Shown here in pieces: positions 1 through 11,426 of a stretch of 64,000 bases of DNA (the first letter of the stretch is position 1; each line of letters starts with the position of its first letter). Both the position numbers and the translations under genes were made by a program. This DNA comes from Octopus vulgaris (Eukaryota). Location: positions 61,690,001-61,754,000 of the forward strand of contig OX597827.1 of NCBI GenBank assembly GCA_951406725.2, read 5' to 3'. The notes beneath the pieces are model-generated. The model worked only from the letters and a program-made list of their open reading frames with translations. It made no database searches and was not told the DNA's origin.

Positions 1-404
1 ACGACAGACTTCTTTCAGTTTCCATCTACCAAATTCACTCACAAGGCTCCAGTTGACTTGAAGCTATAAGTAGAAGACGCTTGCTCATGGTGCCATCCAG
101 TGGAACTGAACCTGGAACCATGTAGTTTGGAAGCAAGCTTCTTACCATATAGCCATGCCTGCACCTATATATATAATTTTAATTTTAATGCTGAGGATAC
201 TTTAGTTCAGTAATATATCTTTCAAGTGATTTTTTTTTTTGGTGGGGGTTCTTTTTAATTCTTTATTCTTATTTTTTAAGCCTGAGAAAGGTAATTAGGG
301 GTGGGTACTATATTAAATTTTGCACCTCCATAAAAAATTGGGGGGGTGCATTTTCACCCCCTGTACCCAGGCCCTTGTTTTATTTTCATATTCTTGTTCT
401 GTAG

Positions 405-579
405 GACACGAGAGAAAGTAAATGATGGAGTGATTGCTACCTACGAAGAACATGAAGACAGCGTCTATCGAGTGGACTGGTCCACTGCTGACCCTTGGGT
501 GTTTGCATCATTGAGCTATGATGGACGTCTTGTTATCAACAGAGTACCAAGGACAGAAAAATACAAGATTCTCTTATGA
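405..579 (+). CDS. EIPR1: Final coding exon of EARP/GARP-interacting WD40 protein (EIPR1/TSSC1)
   Basis: Pyrimidine tract plus AG acceptor at 403-404. Peptide [51 protein letters not shown] matches the EIPR1/TSSC1 C-terminus. Upstream exons lie outside the window. Confidence 0.93.
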
Positions 580-714
580 TGGTGATAAATATTCCAAAGG
601 ACCTTAAAGATGGACATGAATACATTCCATGTTACTAAAAAAAAAATAATATTAATAATATACATAAAATATAACAAAAACAGAAAACAAAATTTGCATA
701 GTTTTTTTTTGTTC

Positions 715-720
715 AATAAA
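715..720 (+). terminator. Candidate polyadenylation signal of EIPR1
   Basis: AATAAA 136 nt after the stop, followed by a GT/T-rich stretch (ggttatgtattgagtttg). Confidence 0.55.
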
Positions 721-1415
721 TGATAAATATATATCATGGTTATGTATTGAGTTTGAACCCCCCCAAAAAAGGTGTCAGTATCATCATCACTGTCACCACC
801 ACCACCTTTACTATTACATCACTATCTCCATCTTTGTTCACATTCCCCCTTTGCGAGCTGATTTTGTTCACTGTTTCAGGGTCAGTAATATTTTAGTTTC
901 TAATTTTGGCACAAGGCCAGCAATTTTGGAGGAGGGATTTAGTTGATTACCCCCCCCCCCATTCAACTGGTACTTGTTTCATCAAACCTGAAAGAATGAA
1001 AAATAAAGTCAACCTTAGTGGAATTTGAACTCAGAATGCAAAGACATGAAATGCCACTAAGCATTTTACCCAGCATGCTAATGATTCTACCAGTTCACTG
1101 CCTTGTCAGGGTCAATTACTGAGGCCAATATATATAGCCTCGGGCCAACCAAAGCCTTGTCAGTGGATTTGGTAGATGGAAACTGAAAGAAGCCCGTTGT
1201 ATATATATATATATATGTTTGTATCTGTATTTGTCCTCCCAACATCGCTGGTGTCTTTACGTTCCTGTAACTTAGCAGTTTGGCAAAAGAGACTGATAGA
1301 ATAAGTACTAGGCTTACAAAGAATAAGTCCTGGGGTTGATTTGCTCGAATAAAGGCGGTGCTCCAGCATGGCCACAGTCAAATAACTGAAATAAGTAAAA
1401 GAGTAAAGTTCTTTT

Positions 1416-2400
1416 TTAGTCTAAAATGTACTCTCCTTCATTTTCTATAATGCTCTTCCATCTATCTAGTAGACTTTCAAGGCTCCTCTTCCAAAATTCA
1501 TTTGTCTCTGAGGAAAAATACTCCTCCAGTACTGTTCTGACCTCATCTACAAAATTCATATCTTTTCCATTCCAATGTTTTTGAAAGCTGCAGAATAAAT
1601 AATAATCAGATGGGACAATTTCCAGCGAATATGGTGGGTAGGGTTTCGTTTCCCATCCAAACTGCTCCAGCCTTTGGAATGCCATCCCCGCTGTATGTGG
1701 CTGAGCATTATTCTGATGGAAGAATGCCTTTCGTCTTGAAACCAAAGATGGTTGTTTTCCTTCTAGCACTGACTTAAGCTGCTCACAGCAGATCTCCATT
1801 ATCATTTCGTTTGGGTTTAAAAGTTTTAAGTGAACTAATCCTTTCATATCCCACCAAACAGATAACACCTTGCATGGGTGAAGACCTTCTTTATCCTGGG
1901 GTACTGGTGTTTCTTCTTTCCCAACCTATTGTCTTTGGTGCTTGACATTTTTATAGAGAACCAATTTCTTGTCACTAGTCACTATTCAGTCCCCAAAAAA
2001 GGTTCATTCCTGAGATGTGACAGCAAAGAAGCGCACACATTCACTCTTCTGTGCATGATTAGACTGGGAAAGTTTTAGGAACCCATTGATCCAACTTGCT
2101 GACTTTTGCGATGGCACGCAAGTGTCGATGAATGGTTGAATGACCAAATCAAACCTTCTGTGCTAGTTCCTCAACAGTTACAATGGGATTTTGTTGTTTC
2201 ACCAGGGTTTGCAACACATCCTCATTGAGCTCTACAGATCTTCCAGGACAAGGCTGTAGTTTCTGGAACTACTGTTGACACTGGCTTACGCTATTTGTCC
2301 AATCCCCATATACTGCATAAACATTCCTCACACTTTCCATTGTGTTGTTGCCTTTATTGAACTCATAAAGCAAAATATGCTCCTTTGCCACTTCCATTAT
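1416..2400 (-). mobile_element. Degenerate mariner (Tc1/mariner DD34D) transposase
   Basis: ORF 1416-1868 has MLSVWWDMKG, FHQNNAQPH, PPYSLEIVPSDYYLF and ENEGEYILD* motifs. A frameshifted HTH region continues to ~2400. Confidence 0.88.
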
Positions 2401-3879
2401 AGCTTTAATATTTAGCAAATGAAGGAGCATGGCTCAGTGGTTATTAGAGCATTAGGCTCAGTTGTGAGATCATGAGTTTGATGTCTCAGACCAGGCTGTG
2501 CTGTGTTGTTTTTTTTTATATTTTATTAGCAAGCCTCCCTTTGAAAATACCTGAAGGACACAGAAAGTGTGTCTACAGCCAGCTGGAGACGTTGATCTCC
2601 TGGGGCTAAAAAGCTACAGTAACACCCCCACTTTGTGGTTAGCCATATTGAGATGGCTTTTATACATTACATATTTAAATATCCTCAAAGCCATATCACA
2701 AAGTATTTTCTCAAATTATGAAAATATAACTTTAGTGGTGCATGACAATTGTGTGAAGTTTTGCAATGAACCACTGGTGGTACCTGTAGCAGTTGACGTT
2801 AATCAACTAACCTTTGCCTCTAACTTAGCTTTGTTAGAAACAATTGTTATTGCTGTTGTTGTTTGCTGTGGGATTACATATTTACAGAGCTCCAGTTTAG
2901 AGTGTGTTTTTTCATGAAGTAAAATAGGGTAAAGAACCCCCCTTCAGTCACGACTGACCATGTGATCGCACCTAGATAGTTACCCTCCAAAACACAAGTC
3001 CGAGCAAGGTTGTTTATGGAAGACCAGCAGTCACCCATGCAAACCAGCTTCCTGATGTTATCCAAAGGAAAGACAAATGCCGATACAGCTTGGCACCAGT
3101 GATGTCGCAACTAATTTCTGCAGCTGAGTGAACTGTAGCAACATGAAATAAAAGTAATTTGCTCAAGAACACAACATACAGCCCATTCTGGGAATCAAAC
3201 TCACTACCTCATGATTGTAAATCCAATGCTCTAACCACAGCCATGTGCTTCTCATGGAGTACATAGCTTCTTATTCTTTGTTTCGGTCATAGGACCACAG
3301 CTATGCATCTGCTGTAGCCCTGGACCAATCAAAATCTTGAGTGGATTTGAAAGAAGCCCATTGTATATGAGTGTGTGTGTGTGTGTGTGTGCATGTCCCC
3401 ACTCCCACCACCACTTGATAACCAGTGTTGGCGTGTTTGCCTCCCTGTAACTTAGCAGTTCGGCAAAAGAAACCAATAAAATAAGTACCGGGTTTTATAG
3501 CAAATAAGCACTGGGGTCAATTCATACGAGTAAGATCTCAGTAATCAATATAGCTCACATGGAGATTGTTGTGTCAACCAGCATTAACAGGCTTAGGGGT
3601 ACAAGGCAAAGGGAGAGAAGTGGCTGTAAATATACCGCCTGCACTGACCCATAATCCTCATCCTTGTAACAACTGTGGGGTTCTTTGCAAATCGTTGTCA
3701 GGAATCAAATGTTACATTCGAGAAAGGCAGTCGACTGACAAAGAAAGTGTAGGTTGTTGGATCTTATGTCAAAACCAACGGGAAAGTCCATCACAGTATA
3801 TATAATGTACTGTTCCGTGATAGAAAGATCAACAAAAAAAAGTACCCCATATGGTGAGAGATAAATATTATTTATTTAA

Positions 3880-4098
3880 CCCTTTAGTATTTAAACCGGC
3901 CATATCCGGCCAAAATAGCTAATCTGTTTTATGTTCAAACTGACCAGATCCAGGTTCTCACACCTACCCTACAATGTTATTCTACATTAGGTAATTACAC
4001 CATCAACATCTTGAAGATATGAGATAATGCATGATTAATTCAAATCAACGAGAATCAATAAGCATTATGGTTGATAGAATAATCTGAACACTAAAGGG
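3880..4098. mobile_element. piggyBac-type non-autonomous MITE, family 1
   Basis: TTAA|CCCTTTAG...CTAAAGGG|TTAA. Related copies at 28121-28329, ~36953-37172, ~37177-37605 (composite) and ~42128-42350. Confidence 0.8.
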
Positions 4099-4124
4099 TT
4101 AAAGGACACAATACAAGTCTGCAA

Positions 4125-4179
4125 GTGCTACTAATAGTTTCATATGTTGAACAATAACTCAAAGATATTCATCAGGCAC
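4125..4179 (-). ncRNA. Minimal type-I hammerhead ribozyme (Penelope/retrozyme type)
   Basis: Minus strand reads GUGC-CUGAUGA-AUAU(CUUUGAGUUAUUGUUCAAC)AUAU-GAAA-CUAUUAG-UA^GCAC. Core intact, stem I GUGC/GCAC, stem II AUAU/AUAU plus UUGAG/UUCAA, palindromic helix III ACUA-U-UAGU, GUA cleavage triplet. Confidence 0.8.
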
Positions 4180-6287
4180 GAACCACATATCGTAACAAAC
4201 TAAAATAAAACTGAATAAGAAACACAAAAAAGCATATGAAACTATTATCAGCACTTAAAGACATATCTTGTGTCCTTTATATATAGATATTTTATTTTAT
4301 TTATGCGCCCTTTTCAAGCTTAATGAGGCTCATGGGCCCAGTTTCCGTGGCATATGTGTTCCCCCCAGCTGGACATGACGCCAGTCCATCGCAGCATTAC
4401 TCAAGAAACAGGAAGAGAGAGCGAGAGAAAGTTGTGGCGAAAGAGTACAACAGGGGTCACCACCACCCCCTGCTGGAGCTTTAGGTGTTTCCATTCAATA
4501 AACACACACAATGTCTGATTTGGGAATCAAAACAGCGAGTTCGCTGCCCTAACCACTGGACCATTGTGCCTCCACAATATATACATATATATATGTATGT
4601 ATATTAGGTTTTTGTACAGTTTCTACTTACTAAATTCACTCACAAGTTATTGGAAAGCCTGGGACTATAGCATAGAACACTTGCCCAAAGCATTGCACAG
4701 TGGGATGGAACCTGAAATTATTTAGTTAGGAATCAAACTTCTTAAACCGCAAAGCCATGTAAAGTATTTTTGTTGTTCTTTTGGCATATCATAACCAGCA
4801 ACACTCCTAGCTCTTACTTCTGAAATATTTCATTTTGACACACATTTCAAAACCTTATTATTGTATAAACTGGATGGCCTTGAGACACCACTGTGTGGTT
4901 GTGCTAAAATGAAAACAAAGCTGTGCCTGGTACAGTAGTTACAAAGTTGATGACCTTAACAACTACTAGACACACATTTCAGTGGTAGTAACAGAACATA
5001 CAAGTTGTTCAATTATTTGTGAGAAAAACACTCAAAGATTGAAAGGAGAATCTATATCAGTGATGGGCAAACTGCGGTCTGAAAGATTTTCTGAATCACA
5101 TACTTAATGAAAAAAGTTACCTCGATGAGCCATGTTTCATACAGCTCGTTTCTCAAAAAAGATTGTGCATGCTTGATCTACAGGGTCATTCAACATGCTA
5201 AAAACACCAGCCAAATCTCCTTCAAATTACATTCTACAATCTTAAAAGAATACACCATATCTTAAAAAAAAAAATTAAAAAAAAAAAGGGGGGGGGGCTG
5301 GATGGTTGCAGCTGGAAAACCATCGATCAGATTTACCTGATTAAGGCTGATCTGAGGTTAAATAAGGAACCTCAACATCAGACATGGGCATCCTCTTTCT
5401 AGAAGTGGGCCACATGAGACATAGCTTATCATCAGGTGGGGTGCACTAATAAAAGCTTTCAAGGCAATTTTTTCATTTTGGTATACCATTCAGAAAATCC
5501 CAGAAGCTGCAGGATGCTTATGACTGCTATTTCTAACTAACTGAGCAATCAGAGAGAGAGTAGTCAAAACACACTGGAACCTACTGCCTTAACATAAAAA
5601 AAAAAATTAATTAAAAAAAACAACAACATTATAGGTGCAAGAGTGGCTTTGTGGTAAGAAGCTTGTTTCCCACTCACATGATTCTGAGTTCAGTCTCACT
5701 GTGTGGCACCTTAGGCAAGCATTTTCTACTATAGCCTCGGGCCAACCAAAGCCTTGTGAGTGGATTTGGTAGATGAAACTGAAAAAAGCCCATCATATGT
5801 ATATATGTGTGTGTGTGTGTGTGTACATGTGTGTCTGTCTTTATATGTTTGTACCCCGATCAGCACTTGACAACTGGTGTTGGTGTGTTTACATCCCCAT
5901 AACTTAGTTTTTACAAAAAAGACCGATAGAATAAGTACTAGGCTTAAAAAAAAAGTCCTGGGGTTGATTTATTCAAGTAAAACCCATCAAGGTGGTGCTC
6001 CAGCATGGCCACAGTCAAATGGCAAACAAATAAAGATAATGTAATCGGAAACAAAATACAGGATTGTCACAGATGAAACATCAGAATTTAGATCTGTTAA
6101 ATTTGAGGCCGGCCAGGAATTAAGAACTTGTTAATAACACATGAGTCTTTTTCCAGCAATGTAACTTGCATCCACACAATGTATCCATCTACCTATGCAC
6201 ACCAACATGGATTAATATAAAATTTAACAATCCCCATAAATTTAGAATTTGTTGTTTTTTTTTATAATGTTTTACAAATAAGATTTC

Positions 6288-6310
6288 TTTATTCAAATAT
6301 TAATTTTATT
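6288..6310 (-). terminator. Candidate tandem poly(A) signals of PCMTD1, defining a ~3.8 kb 3' UTR
   Basis: Two TTTATT on + (6288-6293, 6305-6310) = AATAAA on -. 6300-10068 is U-rich on - and largely free of old transposon fragments. Confidence 0.5.
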
Positions 6311-6725
6311 GGAAGGATTAAAAGAAAAGAAAAAAAATAGAAGAAACAAATGTAAAGTTTTCATTTAAAAAAAAAAAATTTGGTAACGCTTTTTTTTTTT
6401 TTCCTTTTCCTTTTAAATGTAAATCGTTCTACTCTTTTTTAATTAATTAATTAATAGAAAAACAAATGTATTTTACAAATATAAACAATTAAAAAGAATA
6501 ATAAAAAGAAAAAAAAATCAACAACTAAACCATTGAACCATTTCTATTCAGAATAAAAAAACAAAACAAAACAAATGAACAAGCAAGCATCCATCAAACG
6601 TTCAAACTCACTCTTATTCGTTATAAGCATATATAAATTGTTATACATTTACAAGTGTGTTCTTATCAAATTAACACTGCACAAAGCAGAATGAATTAAG
6701 TTTGCTGTCAATAAGAGGAAAAAGA

Positions 6726-6759
6726 TCTGATAGTTTCAAGCAGAGACTTTCATCAGAGA
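6726..6759 (-). ncRNA. Hammerhead-like motif in the PCMTD1 3' UTR (sense orientation)
   Basis: UCU-CUGAUGA-AAG-UCUCUG-CUU-GAAA-CUA-UC^AGA. Intact core and 3-bp stems I and II, but helix III is rudimentary. Confidence 0.45.
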
Positions 6760-7456
6760 AGACAGAAAATTATATTGATGACGGGCAAACACTGCTCAAA
6801 ATATTTGACTTACTAGTCTTCTTCCTCACAGCAAACCAATATATTCTTTTTTGTGAGTGTTTTAATATTTAACCATTTGCCAACAGAGACCATCACTATT
6901 TTCTTCATATTCTACTGTTTTACTTTCTTTTCCTTTGTTTTTTATTTTTCCTTACCGTTTAGTTTTATTTTCAATCTCAGGCAAATAAAGTTATAAAATG
7001 GAGACAAACATCAAATCTCTGCATTATTCTACTTTTTTTAACTTTTTGTAATAAATCAGTATCATCAATGAGCTCTCTCTCTCTCCATCTCTCTCTCTCT
7101 CGCAAAACACTCACAGCTCTTTTGCAGATACACAAATATATACACATTCAAACACAAATACACACACACACATCACTGACACACATTGTCCATACACACA
7201 TGCACACACACATACATGCACAGATATATTATAAAACTACAAGGAGGCCAAGTGCCAGGATCACCATGCCGGCTGGTAAATGTATAAATAACCATAGCAT
7301 AACATATAGAAATATATACAGATTAAACTAGTGTATTGTATATAAATAGAACAGTACTGACATACCCCACAACACCCACCCAACCAATTTCTGTCCCTCT
7401 CCCTCGACCAACATTGTACCCACAAAGTCTCACATTTTGTTTTCAGAAAATTTTTT

Positions 7457-7487
<31 letters not shown>

Positions 7488-7609
7488 TTTTAAACTATTT
7501 TCCTTCGTTTTTTTTTTTTTTCTCCTCAACTTCAGAACTGTCTTGATGTGTGTAATTGTATTTATTGTTTTTCTCTACATCAGAACTGTCAGTAACTTGT
7601 TTCTGTATG

Positions 7610-7766
7610 AGTAAGAGAGAGAGAGAGAGAGATTGCATCTTCATATGTATGTGCATGTATGATATATATATATATATATATACACATGTACATACTCTTT
7701 TTATTGGCTTTAGTCATTCACAGTTATAGCCATGCTGGGAAACAGCAGCACTAGCATCATCGTCAC

Positions 7767-7803
<37 letters not shown>

Positions 7804-7889
7804 GTGTGTGTGTGTATATATATATACACACACACACACACACATACATACATATGTGTGTATATATATATATAAAAATTTTTGTGTAA

Positions 7890-7924
<35 letters not shown>

Positions 7925-7951
7925 GTGTGTATATATATATGTGTATATATA

Positions 7952-8003
<52 letters not shown>

Positions 8004-8300
8004 TACATATAAATATATATATACACATACATGTGTATGTATATGAGTATACATATACGCACACACATTACACATGGGAATGAGTTTGTGTGAAACTGCA
8101 TACATGAGTTATATGAATGTATGTATATATATGTATGTATGTATGTAATGAATGTGTGTAACAAAGGATGTGTATATGTTTGTGCATGTGACTGTTTTTC
8201 GTGTATGGACGTGTGTGTGTACAATGAACATACATACATACATACATAAAAAAAAACAACAAATGCGTCTCATATGTGCATGCGTACATGTGCACAAGGA
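7610..8300. repeat. Compound (TG)n/(TA)n/(CA)n microsatellite block in the PCMTD1 3' UTR
   Basis: Directly visible. Confidence 0.9.
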
Positions 8301-8803
8301 CACCAATGATGCTGTAGAGTGCTTCGGTTTTGTGCATTAAAACACTAGACATTGCAGTAGAGACAGCTGGAAACGAGATTGATAAAGACCAAGTAGTAGC
8401 CGATCAAGAAGAAGAAGAAGAGGAAGAGGAGAAAGGAACAGGTATTTTCAGCCGGCTCTTTTTTTTTTTTTGTTGTTGTGTGTGTTGTATGTTATTACAT
8501 ACCACCTTGCTCTCCTGAAACACCACAGGTAGTTGACAGTCACGAAGATTCTATGCACGCACACACACACACACACATGTGCAGACAAACAGACAGACAG
8601 ACAAACACACACACACACACGCACGCAATCACTACGTCACATCACATTACAGGTATGATATGATTTTGTTGTTGATTGAGATGATGCTAATGCTGTATAA
8701 AACCGTTGTATCCAATTCATAAATGCACCATGACATCACCATTGTATACATACACAAGTATATACATACATGTATGTAAGTACATACATAAATATATACT
8801 TAC

Positions 8804-8861
<58 letters not shown>

Positions 8862-9342
8862 ATATACATGTGCAAATACATACATATGTAAGTATATATA
8901 AATATATACATAAACCTTGCCAACCCAGTTGTCCTTTCTTTTTCAATTTTAGTTTTAAATCCTCACCCCTTTGATATCAATACCTTCCCCCCATCCCTAG
9001 ACCCCAGTATCTCCCATACCCATCCCACCCAACGCAGCAATTAATGATAACTGAATTATTAATATACAATAAATTTCATCCCTTGCCACCATCACCACCA
9101 ACCCGTCAAAAAAAAACCCCAAAAACAAACCCCTAAATTTTTTGTTGTTGTTGTTGATCTGTCTTATCACAGTATGTCAGACGCGTCACTTGGAGAATGA
9201 GAAAGAGAGGAGAGGGTAGAGAGGAAAGAGAGAGAGAGAGAGAAAGAGAACAATTTTCCCACAACAGTGATGACATGTCAAACCCACCCCACCCAACCAC
9301 CGAAAACCACAAAGACTATCATTTGCTTCCACCTCTTGCTTT

Positions 9343-9555
9343 TTCTTTACTTCCCACAAGGGGCCAAACAAGGACAGACAAAGGGATTAAGTCGATTACA
9401 TCGACCCCAGTGCGTAACTGGTACTTATTTAATCGACCCCGAAAGGATGAAAGGCAAAGTCGACCTCGGCGGAATTTGAACTCAGAACGTAGTGGCAGAC
9501 GAAATACTGCTAAGCATTTCGCCCGGCGTGCTAACATTTCTGCCAGCTCGCCGCC
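9343..9555 (-). mobile_element. SINE family B copy inside the PCMTD1 3' UTR
   Basis: Near-full-length reverse complement of 53430-53661. Confidence 0.88.
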
Positions 9556-10068
9556 AACTAATGCCTCCTCCTCGTGTTGACTCATTCATCCAAGGTCAAT
9601 AAGCCATAATCACTGGTATGTGTCCTACATATGTCAACTGTGCCCATCGGCATAGCCTGTTTCATCCCTGTCCATCGTTGCCGCTGAATCCATCCTTGTC
9701 GGTCACTGTGGCCATCATTTCCATTTGATGCCATCAGCCCTCCATCTCTGTCCCTTATTGTCAATCATTACTACCCCTTCCCACCACCCTATTGCTTTGT
9801 CTGCTTGTAGTCATCACCAGTCCCACCCCAGTGTTATCACTGTCGCAATATTTTGTCCTCTGTCTCCGTGTGTTGTCTGTTTAAGCCCTTACCCCAACCC
9901 CCAGAAATCACAACAACAACAACAAGATCTCATTTCAGTGCCAACAGTTTCCTGAAGGATAAGAAAAAAAAAACAAAAGGGGCAGTAGGTGGGAAAAGAA
10001 GAGAAAGAGGAAATAAGAGTGGAGTGTGGTCTGGGGAGGTTGCTTGCACTCACAGCCAAAACTTGTGC

Positions 10069-11426
10069 TCACAGCCTGTAGTACATGAGAAAAGACTTGA
10101 GTGCAGGTGGCAGGGGTAGCTTCTCTACTCGCTCCTTCATGTATTTCGTGATGGATACCCTTGGAGCCCGCTCAGTGCTCTCGGTGAGGTTGTAGCCGGA
10201 ACCCTGTGACCAAGCACCGCTGTCGGTGCCCGGTGAATCTTTGTTACTTCCGCTACTACTGTCTTTCCTGCTACCCCTACGATTGCTACTGTTGTCGCTA
10301 TTGCCTGTTCCACTGTTTTTCGTCCCACAGTCAATGTCTGACTGGTCGCTGGTCACTCCGACAGTGCCAGATGTGTCGTTGCTCGGACTAGTTGATGACC
10401 ACCACTGCTTGCCGACAATGATGTTGGTGGTGGCGGCGGTGGTGGTAGTAGAGGTGGTGTTGTTGTTGGCGGCAGTGGAAGTTGTGGTCACAGGAGCCGT
10501 TGCTGAAGTGCTAGTTATGGTCTCGGTACATGCCATTTCTTCCTCTTCTGCCTCCTGTTGCTCTGTCTCTTTCTCATCCTTCTCCTGCTGCACAGGCATA
10601 TTGCCATTCAGCAGGTTTGCATTGGTGAAGCCAAAGTTCTCGTCTTCATCATCGGAATCAGAGTCATCCTCCTCCTCCTCCTCCTCTTCTTCCTCTTCCG
10701 TGAGCATCTCTTGTGGCTCATTCAGATTAAAAGATGGCGATGAGGATGCAAAGGCTCCAGGCTGCTGCTCTTCTTGCGGTTTCAAGGGACTCCTTTCTGC
10801 AACTGTTCCTCCCCCAGATGTTGCTGCTGCTGCTGCCACCACCGCTGTTGAGTTCCTCTCTCCTTCTCGTCTGCCACTACGGCGACTAATTCTGGTGCCA
10901 GCACCCTCTATATGGTACAGCATGTCCTCTTCCTCTTCTCTGCTGCCCCCTGTGCTGATGAGAATACCTTCTTTCGGGCCATTGCGTGAGAAGAAACGGT
11001 AGCGTGCAAGTTTCCTGGCACGTGGTGTCGATGTGCCATCTCCTGGCTCATCAACATCCATTTTATCACTGGATTTGGAGATCTTTGAGCCCACTCGCCG
11101 CCTGGGGTTTGCGCTGGACGGCATCTCACTGTCATCTTTGTTTTGGTCTGGGTCAGAACTCTGACCCCGACCTGAACTGGAGGTGGAATCTTGGTCGACG
11201 CCATCGTCCTCGTAGTCGTCCTCGTCTTCATAGTCATCATCATCTTCCCCTTCTCCTTCGTCTTCACTGGAGAAGTTCTGCAACATCATCTGGAACTTGA
11301 TGCCAGTCTTCCGTGAGCACTTGCTGGGTGGCTGTTTGTCTTGGTGGTTTTCCAGTATCAGGTCACGCAGAATGCATCGAATGGTTAATCTTGCAGCTTC
11401 CTGTAAAGTTGGCATGGTTACTTCAG
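10069..11426 (-). CDS. PCMTD1: PCMTD1/2 terminal coding exon: BC-box, long acidic/low-complexity linker, Cul5-box
   Basis: Acceptor tatatttcAG; PTLQEAARLTIRCILR (BC-box) and C-terminal LPLPPALKSFLMYYRL* (Cul5-box). The four exons sum to 2058 nt = 685 aa plus stop. Confidence 0.93.

Larger units (their letters stand above)
3797..4285 (-). mobile_element. Penelope-like terminal-repeat relic carrying the hammerhead, with an inverted partial copy (4233-4278); interrupted by a piggyBac MITE
   Basis: 3797-3879 joined to 4103-4190 matches the reverse complement of 34979-35097. Both loci have inverted-repeat architecture around a hammerhead. Confidence 0.6.

Noticed and set aside
1416-1868. Functional transposase or SETMAR-like gene
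   Set aside because: Catalytic motifs are degenerate, the N-terminal part is frameshifted and there is no SET domain.
9197-9585. Recurrent 60-130 aa ORFs such as NWYLFNRP, RASFSF.LPNPLTR and EWLALGRASSC
   Set aside because: Chance translations of SINE/LINE tails repeated many times in the window.
10226-11002. 258-aa ORF antisense to PCMTD1
   Set aside because: Shadow of a low-complexity coding exon with no recognisable domain.
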